Shown in pieces: positions 19,325 to 30,205 of a stretch of DNA of 64,000 nt. Source of the stretch: an uncultured Planctomycetota bacterium (lineage in GTDB: Bacteria > Planctomycetota > Planctomycetia > Isosphaerales > Isosphaeraceae); assembly GCA_963737655.1 (NCBI GenBank), contig CAVTTN010000002.1, positions 2,464,001-2,528,000 on the forward strand, written 5' to 3'. The number at the start of each line of letters is the position of its first letter. The stretch's first letter is position 1. The position numbers and the translations under genes were made by a program. A model generated the notes under the pieces. It was not told the origin of the DNA and searched no databases. It saw only the letters and a list, made by a program, of their open reading frames with translations.

Positions 19325-20114
19325 GAGGATCATCCCCGTGATCGACGTGATGGAAGGACGGGCCGTCCGGGCCGTCCGGGGCGACCGCGCCCATTATCGG
19401 CCGGTCCGCTCGGTCTTGCACGAGGGTTCCGACCCCCTCGGCCTGGCCCGTGCCCTTCGTGATCGCCTCGGATCAACCGAGCTCTACCTGGCCGACCTGG
19501 ACGCCATCCTCGGCAAACCGCCTGCGTTGCCCTTGCTCGGCGAATTCTCCAAATTGCCCATTCGCGTCTGGGTCGATCCCGGGATTCGGGTTTCGGCCGA
19601 CGTGGCTCCCATTCTCCAGGCCGGGGCTGCGGTCGTGGTCCTCGGGCTGGAAACGCTGAGAGGGCCGGCGGTTCTGGCCGAAATCGTGGAAACACACGGC
19701 CCGGATCGGATCGCCTTCAGCCTGGACCTCCGCGACGGCCGCCCGCTGGTTCCGACCGAATCCGCCTGGGGCACCGCCGATCCTCTCCAGCTTGCCGAGA
19801 TCGCCATCGAGGCCGGAATCCGTCGGATGATCGTGCTCGACCTCGCCCGGGTGGGCACCGGCGCCGGGACGGGCACCGAACCACTGATCGCCGGGCTTCG
19901 AACGAGTCATCCGGCGCTCGAAATCGTGGCCGGCGGAGGAATTGCGGGCCGGGACGACCTGGCAAGGCTCGAATCAGCCGGCGCATCGGCCGCCCTCGTC
20001 GGATCGGCGCTTCACGACGGCCGCTTGTTCGATGGGAGCGACCCTCTTTCTGATTCGACACGGATTCGAAGAGGGCCTTCGGCATCCGCAGGTTACGCAG
20101 ATCACGCAGATTAA
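19323..20114 (+). CDS. HisA/HisF-like TIM barrel, C1-transfer linked (orf17-like)
   Basis: MRIIPVIDV..G.AVRA, LYLADLDAI, VLDLARVG, AGGG and GSALHDG motifs. Confidence 0.9.
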   Translation: MRIIPVIDVMEGRAVRAVRGDRAHYRPVRSVLHEGSDPLGLARALRDRLGSTELYLADLDAILGKPPALPLLGEFSKLPIRVWVDPGIRVSADVAPILQAGAAVVVLGLETLRGPAVLAEIVETHGPDRIAFSLDLRDGRPLVPTESAWGTADPLQLAEIAIEAGIRRMIVLDLARVGTGAGTGTEPLIAGLRTSHPALEIVAGGGIAGRDDLARLESAGASAALVGSALHDGRLFDGSDPLSDSTRIRRGPSASAGYADHAD

Positions 20115-20189
20115 AATTCAAGGAGATGAATTTCATCCTTTTTATCTGCGTAATTTGCGTAATCTGCGGATGCCGAAGGCCCTCTTCGA
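20066..20189. repeat. Palindromic element with ATTACGCAG-type 9-bp subrepeats (family E)
   Basis: Arms of about 50 bp around an AT-rich loop. It contains the HisA-like stop codon. Second copy at 60601-60705. Confidence 0.9.
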
Positions 20190-20224
20190 TTCCCTGGTCG
20201 GCCTCGAACGGCACCGTTCCGAAC

Positions 20225-21286
20225 CTATCGAGGCCGGTGGATCAGGGAGAAGATTTTGCCCTCGATACCCAGGATTTCCAGGGACCGCTTTCCGCCGATG
20301 GTGCCCACGCCTCCGGCCCAGTGGAGGGCCAGGCCGTCGGGGCTGAACTTCACGCGGATCACCGATTCGGGGCCGTCGATCTCTCGGAGGATTTTCAGGT
20401 CGCGAGGGTCCCAGAGCGTGATCTTCGCCTTGCTGCCCGAGGTGGCGAGCAGGGAGCCGTCGGGCGACCAGTCGAGGGCATAGAGTTCCTCGGCGTTCGT
20501 CTTGCTTTCGAGGAGGAGACGGCCGTCCGTGGCGTCCCAGATCGCCACCGAGCCATCGACGTAAACCACGGCCAGCAAACGACCTTTGGGGTCGAATTCC
20601 AGCTCCTGGGAGGACGTTTTCGGCAGCTCGAACCTTCGGGCACCGGAGGTTACGTCGAAGAGGATCGTGGTCCCGTTGCGGTTGCCGACGGCCAAGGTCC
20701 GGCCATCGGGGCTGAAGGTCGGGGTCATCCCCCCTTCGACCGGCCCGGCATCGAACGTGCGGATGAGGCGGCCGTCCGACACCCGGAAGAGGGGGACGGT
20801 CGTGCCGTAACCCCCGGTGGCGACAAGGGAACCGTCGGGGGTGAAGACCGGCTTCGCCTGCGAATCCTTCGTGTCGAGCTCGATCGTTCGGCCGGTCTTG
20901 CGGTCGAGGATCACCGGCGGCTTGAAGTTCTCGGTGTAGGCGACGACATCCGACGTGGGGCCGAAGGCGAAGTGGATGATCTTCTTGCCCTCGCCGATGG
21001 TCTCGATCAGGCGGAGGCTCACGGCGTCGCGGACCTCGACCGGCTTCTCCCAGCCGATCACGGCCATCCGGTCGCGATCGGGGCTCCAGGCGATCTCCCA
21101 GACGTCGTCCTTCTCCAGCCGGGCCACCGTCTTGAGCCCGGCCAGGGTCCGGGGCGTGATCGCGGTCCGCCGGTACTGGAAGCCGAGGACCACCCCGACG
21201 ACGGCGACGATCGCCATCCACACGCGGAGGCTCAGCCGCAATCGGGATCGCCGCCTCGGGGCGTGCGCGGTGTCCGGGTGTTCCAT
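20225..21286 (-). CDS. Membrane-anchored WD40 repeat protein
   Basis: RLSLRVWMAIVAVVGV anchor; repeated WSPD/FSPDG...WD units. Confidence 0.85.
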   Translation of the reverse strand: MEHPDTAHAPRRRSRLRLSLRVWMAIVAVVGVVLGFQYRRTAITPRTLAGLKTVARLEKDDVWEIAWSPDRDRMAVIGWEKPVEVRDAVSLRLIETIGEGKKIIHFAFGPTSDVVAYTENFKPPVILDRKTGRTIELDTKDSQAKPVFTPDGSLVATGGYGTTVPLFRVSDGRLIRTFDAGPVEGGMTPTFSPDGRTLAVGNRNGTTILFDVTSGARRFELPKTSSQELEFDPKGRLLAVVYVDGSVAIWDATDGRLLLESKTNAEELYALDWSPDGSLLATSGSKAKITLWDPRDLKILREIDGPESVIRVKFSPDGLALHWAGGVGTIGGKRSLEILGIEGKIFSLIHRPR

Positions 21287-21876
21287 CGGGATCGGCCCTC
21301 GTCTCGGATGGTTCGACACGCTCCCCCAGGATAACGGGCAAGCCGGCCCGATGTCCGATCCCAAATCCGGCACGGCGCCGGACGGTTATTCCGGATCATC
21401 GCGACCAAGGCCCCCGGCGATCGCCGAATCCGTGGCTCGCGGATCTCTTAATGGCGAATTCCGCACAGGATCATGTGATATCGGGTGAAATTCTGGATGA
21501 CTCGCGGCCGCCCCGAAGTGTCCGGGAATTGGGGGCCATCCGGGCCGATCGGGCCTCGCGGCGACTCGATGCATCTCTCTGGGGGAGATCGGCTTGCGAT
21601 TTTAATGACAAAACATGCCGGCGCAAGAGAAACCCCGTGCGCACAACCCGTTGCGCACGCGAATCCAGCCTGATTTCCGGCCTTTTCGCGATTTTCCGAC
21701 GGAAAGCGCTGTCAACTTCTTGGAAATTTAAAAGTGCCGACCTTTGATCAATCCAAGATTTGACGAGACTCCGACACGAGAGTGCGTCAGCTCCCAAGCT
21801 CAAAATCAACGCAGGCCGCCCATCCTGCCCGATCGGGTAGAACGGTTCACGACCGGATGGCGCACGACCGGTCATC

Positions 21877-21935
21877 GTAGGGCAGGCCTCGGCCTGCCGG
21901 CTTCGCGGGTCTCGGCAGGCCGAGGCCTGCCCTAC
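21877..21935. repeat. REP family C doublet
   Basis: GTAGGGCAGGCCTCGGCCTGCC and its perfect inverse. Confidence 0.9.
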
Positions 21936-22068
21936 GGGTGCGCCATCCGACCGAGTACCGCTCTAGAATGCTGTCGTCCACGTCGGCAGGGATTCGGATC
22001 GCGCCTGACCGGAGACAGGCTAACCGGCCTCGTAGCCGTCGCACGACGCGGTCGTGGTTTTCGGCATT

Positions 22069-22153
22069 GGGCGGCATGCTGACGTCTTCGTAAGCATGGC
22101 TTCGGCCAGGCATGAACCGAAGCCATGCTTACGAAGACGTCAGCATGCCACCC
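22069..22153. repeat. REP family B doublet, 85 bp
   Basis: Near-perfect palindrome. Confidence 0.9.
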
Positions 22154-22340
22154 GGCCGAGGGGCTTCGGAGGAGCGACGCTCCGGTCGAGTCGCCTTGAC
22201 CGTCCCCTGGGATTCGGCCATAACGTCGGTCCCCTTTGGGGGGAAGCCGCCCAGGGAAGGGCGGTCGGCCTCTTCGCGAGTCGAGTCGCGATCGCGGTTG
22301 AGGCTCGCCCCGCCAGCTCCGCACGGATGAGGAGTCCCGC

Positions 22341-23904
22341 ATGGGCACCGAATCGTCGAGGACGGACGCCCTCCGCGCCGGCCTCCTGCCCCACCGATGG
22401 GAGCGGGTCGAATCCCCCGGCGAGCCTCGGGTCGTCGCCTCGTACGAGACGGTGATCGCCGGGGCCGGTCCCGCCGGGCTCACGGCCGCTTATGAGTTGA
22501 CCCGTCATGGCCATCCCTGCGTGGTCCTGGAAGCCGACGCGCAGCTCGTCGGCGGGATCAGCCGGACCGACCAGTACAAGGGCTACCGCTTCGACATCGG
22601 CGGCCACCGGTTCTTCTCCAAGAGCGAGGAGGTCAACCGGATCTGGAAGGAGATCCTCGGCGACGAGTTCATCACCCGGGACCGGCTGAGCCGGATCTAC
22701 TACGACCGCAAGTTCTTCCACTACCCGCTGAAGCCCGCCAACGCGCTGGCGAACCTGGGATTGCTCACGTCGTCGCGCGTGGTTCTGAGCTACGTGAAGG
22801 CCCGGCTCCGGCCGATCCAGCCGGAGAGGAGCCTGGAGGACTGGGTGGTCAACCGCTTCGGCCGGCTCCTGTTCGAGATCTTCTTCAAGACGTACACGGA
22901 GAAGGTGTGGGGGATGCCCTGCTCGGAGATCTCGGCCGACTGGGCCGCGCAGAGGATCAAGGGGCTGCAGCCTCGTCGGCGCGGTCGTCAACGCGCTGAT
23001 GCCGGGCAAGGGCAAGGGGAAGGGCGAGGTCATCAAGACGCTGATCGACCGCTTCCAGTACCCGCGGCTCGGGCCCGGCCAGATGTGGGAAGCGGCGCGG
23101 GACCTGGTGAATCGCGGCGGGGGGGCCGTCCACATGGACCGCCGCGTGGAGCGGATCGAGCACGACGGCTCGGCGGTCTCGGCGTTCGTGGCGAGGGACG
23201 CCTCGGGCCAGGAGACCCGCTACCTCGGCCGGAATTTCCTCTCCACGCTGCCGATCCGCAACCTGATCCGGGCCATGAGCCCGGCGGCCCCGGAAAGCGT
23301 CCTGAAGGCGGCGAATTCGCTGAATTACCGCGACTTCCTCACCGTCGTTTTGATCGTCGAAGGGGCCGAGACGTTCCCGGATACGTGGATCTACATCCAC
23401 GAGCCCGACGTGAAGCTCGGGCGCGTGCAAAACTTCAAGAACTGGTCGCCGAGCCTCGTGCCCGACCCGTCCAAGACCAGCCTCGGCCTCGAATACTTCT
23501 GCTTCGAGGGGGACGCGCTCTGGGCCCTGCCCGACGCCGAGCTGATCGCCCTGGGCCGTCGCGAGATCGACGCCATCGGCCTGGTGAAGGCCGATCGCGT
23601 GATCGACGGCTGCGTGGTCCGCATGCCCAAGGCGTACCCGGTCTACGACGACTCGTACCGCGACCACCTCGCCGTGATCCGCGAGTGGCTGGCCCGGTTC
23701 TCCAACCTGGAGCTCGCCGGCCGCAACGGGATGCACAAGTACAACAATCAAGACCACTCGATGATGACGGCCGTCCTCGCGGCCAGGAACATCCTCGGCC
23801 TCGGCCAGTTCGACACCTGGAAGGTCAACACCGACGCCGAGTACCACGAGGAGGAGACCGAAGGCGCCGGCCGGGCCGTCCCGGGCCGATTGACGGAGGC
23901 GTGA
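22341..23904 (+). CDS. FAD-dependent oxidoreductase (protoporphyrinogen oxidase / UGM-like), frameshifted near 22968
   Basis: [15 protein letters not shown] and WAAQRIKGL, then [12 protein letters not shown]...[14 protein letters not shown] in the second frame. Confidence 0.9.
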
Positions 23905-24006
23905 TCGGACGGATCGGGCCTCTCGGAGCCTCGGGATTCTGGTAAGCTCGGGGCCGAAGCCCGCCGAACGGCCATCGGGTTCGGTCCCCTTCCGAGCGAG
24001 CCTCTC

Positions 24007-24231
24007 ATGGACATGAAAACCGTCCTGGACGCCGTCCACTCCTGGCCAGCCGAGGATCGCCTCCGCCTGATCGAGGAGGTCTGGGACGGCCTTTCCGACG
24101 AAGATCGCGACCCGGAACTCACCGACGACGTCAAGGCCCTCCTCGATCGGCGCCTCGCGGCCCTCGACGCGGACCCGGCGAACGTCCTGACCTGGGAGCA
24201 GATCCGGCAATCCGCGCGGCGTCCCCGATGA
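24007..24231 (+). CDS. Putative addiction-module antitoxin (TIGR02574-like)
   Basis: EDRLRLIEEVWDGL...LDRRLA...LTWEQI pattern, 74 aa. Confidence 0.8.
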   Translation: MDMKTVLDAVHSWPAEDRLRLIEEVWDGLSDEDRDPELTDDVKALLDRRLAALDADPANVLTWEQIRQSARRPR

Positions 24232-24260
24232 GCCTGCCCTCCTCGCAAGACCTCCCATGA
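24228..24260 (+). pseudogene. Possible vestige of the cognate toxin (10-codon ORF MSLPSSQDLP)
   Basis: ATGA overlaps at both ends; occupies the usual toxin position. Confidence 0.35.
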
Positions 24261-25417
24261 GCGAGTATCAATACTACGAGTTCCGCACCGTCGATCGCCC
24301 GCTGACCTCGGGGCAGATGGACGAGCTTCGCGAGATCTCGTCCCGGGCCGAGATCACGCCGACGGGCCTCACGAATGAATACTCCTGGGGGAACTTCAAG
24401 GGCGATCCCGACGACCTGATGGATCGCTACTTCGACGCCTTCGTGTACGTCGCCAACTGGGGGACGCACCGGCTGATGTTCCGCGTCCCCCGAGGGCTGC
24501 TGGACGTCCGGGCGGCGGAGGCGTTTTGCGAGGACGAATTCCTGACGGTCCGGGCCGAGGCGACGCACGTCGTCCTCGAATTCGTGTCGGAAGACGAGGA
24601 AGGCGAGGGCTGGATCGAGGGCGACGAGTGGATGCCCTCGCTGATCTCGCTCCGAGCCGAGTTGATCCGGGGCGACCTGCGGGCGCTCTACCTCGGGTGG
24701 CTGGCCTCGGTGCCGATCCGGGACGGGGAGGAGGACGGCGAATCGCTCGAACCGCCGGTGCCCCCGGGGCTGGCGAAGCCGTCGGCCGCGTTGAAGGCGC
24801 TGGCGGAGTTCCTGCGGATCGATGACGAATGGATCGCGGTCGCGGCGGAGGGGAACCCGGCGGGGCCTCCGCCGGAGCCGTCACGGGCCGACCTGGCCCG
24901 GTGGATCGCGGGGCTTCCGGCCGCCGAGAAGGACGGCTATCTCGTCCGCTTCCTCGCCGATGAGGCCGACCTGGCCGTTCGCGCCGAGATGTCCCGGAAG
25001 TTCCGCGCCGCGACCGCGCCGAAGGGCAAGAAGGCCGCCCCGGAACCCCATCGCCGGACGGTCGCCGAGCTCCGTGCCGCGTTCGAGGCCCGGATCGCGG
25101 AGAAGACGAAAAAGGCCGAGGCGAAGGCCGCGAAGGAACGGGCCGAGCGCGATCGGACGAAGGCCGAGGAGCGTGCGAGGCGCCTCGACGCCCTCTCTCG
25201 CCGGGAGGCCGAAGCGTGGCGGGACGTGGAGCGGAAGATCGCCTCGACGCAGCAAACGCAGTATGACGAGGCCGTCGAGTTGCTGGTGGACCTCCGAGAC
25301 CTCGCCGCCAGGTCGGGCCGGCAGGCCGAGGCGCTCGCGAAGATCCAGGAGATCCGCCTCCGGCACAGGCGGAAGTCCAGCTTCGTCCATAAGCTCGACG
25401 CCAAGGGGCTTCGATGA
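24257..25417 (+). CDS. Conserved hypothetical protein (MSEYQYYEF family)
   Basis: MSEYQYYEF..DRPL...SSRAEIT...YFDA..Y.ANWG, GDLR.LYL.WL, helical tail. Confidence 0.85.
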   Translation: MSEYQYYEFRTVDRPLTSGQMDELREISSRAEITPTGLTNEYSWGNFKGDPDDLMDRYFDAFVYVANWGTHRLMFRVPRGLLDVRAAEAFCEDEFLTVRAEATHVVLEFVSEDEEGEGWIEGDEWMPSLISLRAELIRGDLRALYLGWLASVPIRDGEEDGESLEPPVPPGLAKPSAALKALAEFLRIDDEWIAVAAEGNPAGPPPEPSRADLARWIAGLPAAEKDGYLVRFLADEADLAVRAEMSRKFRAATAPKGKKAAPEPHRRTVAELRAAFEARIAEKTKKAEAKAAKERAERDRTKAEERARRLDALSRREAEAWRDVERKIASTQQTQYDEAVELLVDLRDLAARSGRQAEALAKIQEIRLRHRRKSSFVHKLDAKGLR

Positions 25418-25454
25418 CGAGGAGTTTGTTGCGGGCTTCGCCCGGCTTGCGATT

Positions 25455-25501
25455 GGTGCATTTCATGCACCGGACATGACGGTGCATTTCATGCACCCTA
25501 C
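25455..25501 (-). repeat. Two REP family A copies
   Basis: GGTGCATTTCATGCACC twice. The second supplies the stop codon at 25498. Confidence 0.9.
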
Positions 25502-26439
25502 GTTGTGATTGATGAATCCGGCGTGTTTGTCAACTCTTTCACCTGCCTGGCGTTTAAGAGGTAAAAAATCGCGCCGATCGTGGCGCCGACGATGGTGAAG
25601 AGGCGGAAGGCGAGCATGGCGATGGCGCCTCCCCGGTAGTTCAGGAGCCCGAAGAGGCCGGAGCTGGCCTGCTCGGAGATGCCGATCGCTCCGAAGGGGA
25701 TCGGGACGGCCGTGGTGAAGAGGACCAGGGGGACGATCAGGAAGTGGTCGACGAGGTCGGGCACTCCGCTCCCCAGGACGGCCAGGCCGGCGTCGCGGAA
25801 GGCCAGGACGTTCAGCGAGTGCGTGCCCATCCCCAGGACCACCGCGCCGAGGACCAGGCCGGCGTGCCCTCGATACGCGGAGAGGTCCACTTTCTTCCGC
25901 CTCCGCCCCCGGAACGAGGCGATCAGGGCCGCCGCCGTGGCGATCGAGGCGAGGCCGGCGAACGCGCCGAGCGTCCAGAGCTTCGGGTTCAGCCGCGTGG
26001 CCGCGATCGACCCGGCCGCCGAGGCGATCAGGAACAGGCCGAGCAGCCCGCAGAAGAAATCGACGACCACCGAGGCGATCGCCGTCGGCCTGCGCTCGGG
26101 GTGCTCCCGGGCCAGGAACGCGGCCTTCACCACGTTGCCAAAAATCGCGCCCGGGATCACGAAGTTGAAGAACGCGGCGATGAACCCGAGGCGGACGGCG
26201 TCGCGATAGCGGATCGGCAGGCCCACGGCCCGGACCAGCAAAAACCAGCGGAAATACGAGAGCATGAGGCCGGCGAGGTAGCTCGCGCCGCCCAGGACCA
26301 GGGCCGAGACGTCCGGCCGGCGGTCGAGGACGTCGCGGATCTGGTCCCGATTCATGCGGAGGACCAGGCCGAGCAGCCCGAGGCCGATCGCGGCGCGGAG
26401 GGCCAGGCCGAGGGCCTTCTTGCGGGCCTTCGGGGTCAT
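25498..26439 (-). CDS. Lysylphosphatidylglycerol synthase TM / flippase-like protein
   Basis: RWFLL, FFNFVIPG, VPIPFGAIGISE, multiple TM segments. Confidence 0.85.
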   Translation of the reverse strand: MTPKARKKALGLALRAAIGLGLLGLVLRMNRDQIRDVLDRRPDVSALVLGGASYLAGLMLSYFRWFLLVRAVGLPIRYRDAVRLGFIAAFFNFVIPGAIFGNVVKAAFLAREHPERRPTAIASVVVDFFCGLLGLFLIASAAGSIAATRLNPKLWTLGAFAGLASIATAAALIASFRGRRRKKVDLSAYRGHAGLVLGAVVLGMGTHSLNVLAFRDAGLAVLGSGVPDLVDHFLIVPLVLFTTAVPIPFGAIGISEQASSGLFGLLNYRGGAIAMLAFRLFTIVGATIGAIFYLLNARQVKELTNTPDSSITT

Positions 26440-29400
26440 CGCGGAGGGCCCCGCACGGGTCGCCGACGACCTGGACGAACAGCGAGCGGGTCCGGGCCGT
26501 CATCCTCGCGATGTCCGAGCGGAACAGGGCCTCGGCGACGCCGTCGCCGTCGTCCTCGTAGCCGAGCCGGCGGGCGAGTCTCGCAAGCTCGGCCGGGTCG
26601 TCGGGCAGGCCCACGTCGGTCCGGTTGTGGACGATCCGCAGGCGGCCCTCGACGGTCCTCAAGAAGTCGTAGGAATCGCGCAAGGCCGCATGATCGGCCG
26701 GGGAGAGCGGGCCGTGGCGGCGGAGGGCGTCGAGCGCCTCCCAGACGTTCGCCCGGAGGACGTCGGGCTCGTCGCAGGCGTGCTTGAGCATCAGGTATTG
26801 CACGAGGAACTCGATGTCCACGAGCCCGCCGACCCCGCGCTTCAGGTCGTTCGGGCCTCGCGAGGCGCCCAGCCTCCGCCTCATCGCCAGGGCCTCGGCG
26901 GCGAGGCGTTCGCAGTCGTTCGAGGCGGTCAGGACCCGGCGGACGGCGGCCGTCACGTCCCGGTTGAAGGTGCCGGTCGAGAACAGGGGGCGGGCGCGGG
27001 TCAGGGCCATCCGCTCCCACGTCGCGGCGTGGCCGAGGAAGTAGGCGAGGAAGGCGTCGAGCGACACGGCCAGGGGGCCCGAGCCGCCATGCGGCCTCAG
27101 GCGGGTATCGACCTTGTACAGCGCCCCGGACGGCCCCGAGCCGCCGAGGTCGCGGATCACCTTCTGCGCCAGGTCGGCGAAGAACTCGGCGTTGGAGAGG
27201 GTCGCGGGGCCGCCCTGGGTCTGGCCGTCCTCGTCGAAGAGGAAGACGAGGTCGAGGTCGCTGTGATAGTTCATCTCCCGGCCGCCGAGCTTGCCGAGGC
27301 CGAGGATCGCCCACCTCGCCCGTCGGCCGTCGGACGACCGCCTCGGGGCGCCGAACTTCTCGACGGCCTTCGCCCAGCGGTCCCTCGCCACCTGGCCGAC
27401 GATCGCCTCGGCCACGTCGGCGAGCTCGCGGGTCACGTCGCGGATCGGGTCCCGGCCGAGGATGTCCCTCACGCCGATCCGCACCCATTCCTTGTTGCGG
27501 AAGCTCAGCAGGATCGGCCCGAGGTCCTCCGCCCCCCGGCAGAGCTCCGCCAGCTCCCCCTTGATCGCCGTGGCCCCCTGCGGCCGATCGACCACCAGCG
27601 AATCGATCAGGTCATCAATCATCCCGGGATTGTTGATGAGCACTTCCGAGAGGAACTGGCTCGTCGCGCATAAATCGACGTACAGTTTCAGGCTCGGGGG
27701 ATTGAAGCTGAAGAGCTCCCAGAGGACCGCCTTGGCCCCGAGCGACGCCGAGACCTTCTCGAGGTTCGTCAGGGCCATGTCGGGGTCGGGCGCCCGGGCC
27801 ACGCTCTCCAGGAGCCTGGGCGCGATCGCCGCGAGGAAGTGGCGGCAGCGCGCCTCGGAGAGGAACGGGATGTCCTCTCTCGAGAGCGCCATCAGGTTGC
27901 GGTACGCCCCGGTCACGTCGCGGAAGGCGAACCGGCCGAGGGCCGAGGCGATCATCTCGGGCGAGGGTTCCGGGTCGAGCACGAGGTCCACCACGGGGTC
28001 GGCCTTGGAGTCGTCGGTGAAGGCGTCGTGGAGGAGGTGGTTGAGGATCTTCCGGTTCAGGTCGGTCTTGGCGCGATAGTCCGCGTTGAACCGCTGGGCG
28101 GGGCCGACGCGGTCTTCCCACGCCGAGGCCGGCGGATAGCCCATGCGGATCGCCAGGGTCCGCAGCCCCTCGGGATCGACGGGCATCTGATGCGTCTGGC
28201 GGTCGAACATCGTCTGCAGGCGGTGCTCGACCCGCCTCAAAAATCGATACGTGTCTTCCATGATCCCCCGTTCCTCGGGCGAGAGGCAGCCGATGGCCTC
28301 CAGTCGCGAGAGGGCCATCAGCGTGTTGGGGTGGCGGACGGTCGGCTCCCCCCCTCCGTGGAGGAGCTGGAGGAACTGGACGACGAATTCCACGTCGCGG
28401 ATCCCGCCTCGGCCGGTCTTGACCTCGCTGGCGTCGGCCCCGGAGGCGCGGGTGCGGGCCTCGATCCGCCGCTTCATGGCCTTGATCTCGCCGATCTCCG
28501 CCGCCCCGAGGTATTTCCGATAAACAAACGGCGCGATGGCGGCGAGGAAGTCGCGCCCCAGGGAGAGGTCCCCGGCGATGGCCCGGCACTTGATCAGGGC
28601 TTGCCGCTCCCAGGTCCGGCCGGTCGTCTCGTAATAGCCCAGGGTCGCCCGCAAGGACCGGGCCAGCGGCCCCTGATCCCCCTCGGGCCGGAGCCTCATG
28701 TCGACCCGGTACGCCTGGCCCATCGCCGAGTGGTCGGAGAGGAGGCGGACGATCTCCGCCCCCATCCTCGCGAAGAACTCGGCGTTCGAGACGCTCCGCG
28801 TGCCGCTGGTCTGGCCTTCGGAGTCGTAAAGGAAGATCAAATCAATGTCCGAAGAATAATTCAACTCCTCGCCGCCGAGCTTCCCCAGGGCCAGGACGAC
28901 GAACCGGGAGGGCCGCCCGTCTTCGCCGATCGGCTCGCCGAGGCGGGCGACGGCGTGGCCCCGGGCGAGCCGATACGCCCCCTCGACGCACGCATCGGCC
29001 AGGCCGGAGAGGTCCAGCGTGGTGAGCTCCAGCGGGAGCCCCCGGACGATGTCGTTGTAGCCGATCCGCAGGGTCTCGCGATGGCGGAGGCGGCGGATCG
29101 CCAGCCGCTGGGCCTGGTCGTCCTCGGCCGATCGGAGCTGGTCCCACAGGAACTCGACGAGGGCGTCGCGGTCGCGCCTCTCGGCCCCGGCGCGGAGCCA
29201 GTCCAGGACCCCGGGGTCCCGGATCAGCAGCTCGCTGAAATACTGGCTCGTGCTGAAGAGCTGGATCAGGATATCGGTCGTCCTCGGGTTCGCCCCGAGC
29301 CCCGCCAGCGCCGCGCTGCCGGCCGGGGAGGAGGCCGCGAACCGCTCCAGGTTCGTCAGGGCCATCCCCGGCTCGGGGCACTGCGGGAGCAAGACGTCGA

Positions 29401-29596
29401 GCTGGTCCAGGAGCGCGGAGAACGCCTCGGCCCGGAGCCCGGAGGCGGCCAGGTCGCGGAGGTCGCGAATCCCCCGAGACGTGTCGCGAACCCCCAGACC
29501 GGCGAGCCACAAGGCCAGCGCCGTCGAGTCGGTCAGCAGCCCGGACGGCGGCCGACCGCCGCCTCGCGGTTCGCCCGGCTCCATCGCTCGGCTCAA
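26436..29596 (-). CDS. glnE: Glutamine synthetase adenylyltransferase; natural stop apparently lost through a 1-nt indel near 26450
   Basis: Two GKLGGxE(L/M)NYxSD(I/L)DL domains, VDMRLRPEG and KxGxGGxxDxEF motifs. The ORF reads through to 25463 as given, but a TGA at 26436 is one frame off. Confidence 0.9.
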
Positions 29597-30144
29597 GCGA
29601 ACACCTCATCGACGGCGACCCGCCAGCCGGGGACGGCCGGCTCGGCATCGGCGATGGCGCCCGGCCCGAAGACCTCGGCCGATCCGGGCCGGTGGCAGCG
29701 GATCACCCGCGAATCGGGGTCCACGTCCCAGACCACGAGCGTCCCCGCCTCGAGATAATCGGCGCGCCTGGCCGCCATCTCCCGCTCGGCGGCCGGGCCG
29801 GAGTGGCCTTCGCGGCGGACCTCCACCGCGAACGTCGGCGGGCCTTGCAGGAAGCGCATCGGGCGGTCCGGGAAGGGACCGAGGAAGTACGAGGCGTCGG
29901 GCGAGAACGATTCGCGGCCCGACGGGAGTTCCGGGACGACGAAGCCGACGTTGTCGGTGTATGCCTCGCCGGCGCCCAGCCTCGGCTCGTGACGGCGGAG
30001 GCTCACATAAATATTGCCGGCGATCCGGTTGGGGCGTCGGCCGGTGGGCATCAGGGGGACGATCCTCCCGTCGATCAGCTCGGCCTTGTCCTGGAGCCGG
30101 GAGAGGTCGTCCACCGAGGCCCGGGGCCTCTCGACGGTCGCCAT
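29593..30144 (-). CDS. Uma2 family endonuclease
   Basis: ELIDG, SPDASY, FAVEV, Y..AG..VVWDVDP and VPGW motifs. Confidence 0.9.
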   Translation of the reverse strand: MATVERPRASVDDLSRLQDKAELIDGRIVPLMPTGRRPNRIAGNIYVSLRRHEPRLGAGEAYTDNVGFVVPELPSGRESFSPDASYFLGPFPDRPMRFLQGPPTFAVEVRREGHSGPAAEREMAARRADYLEAGTLVVWDVDPDSRVIRCHRPGSAEVFGPGAIADAEPAVPGWRVAVDEVFA

Positions 30145-30170
30145 GACGCCACCTCCTTCCGTCGGACGAA

Positions 30171-30205
30171 TCGGATCGGATCGGGTCGGATCGGGTCGGA
30201 CCGGA
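30171..30205. repeat. Pentanucleotide microsatellite, about seven TCGGR units
   Basis: tcgga tcgga tcggg tcgga tcggg tcgga ccgga. Confidence 0.8.

Noticed and set aside
21386..21574. 62-aa minus-strand ORF
   Set aside because: Atypical codon usage and no recognisable motif.
25463..26435. 1377-aa GlnE with a novel C-terminal extension
   Set aside because: The extension is low-complexity Arg/Pro/Gly shadow translation over the LPG-synthase-like gene. A 1-nt indel restores a normal stop at 26436.
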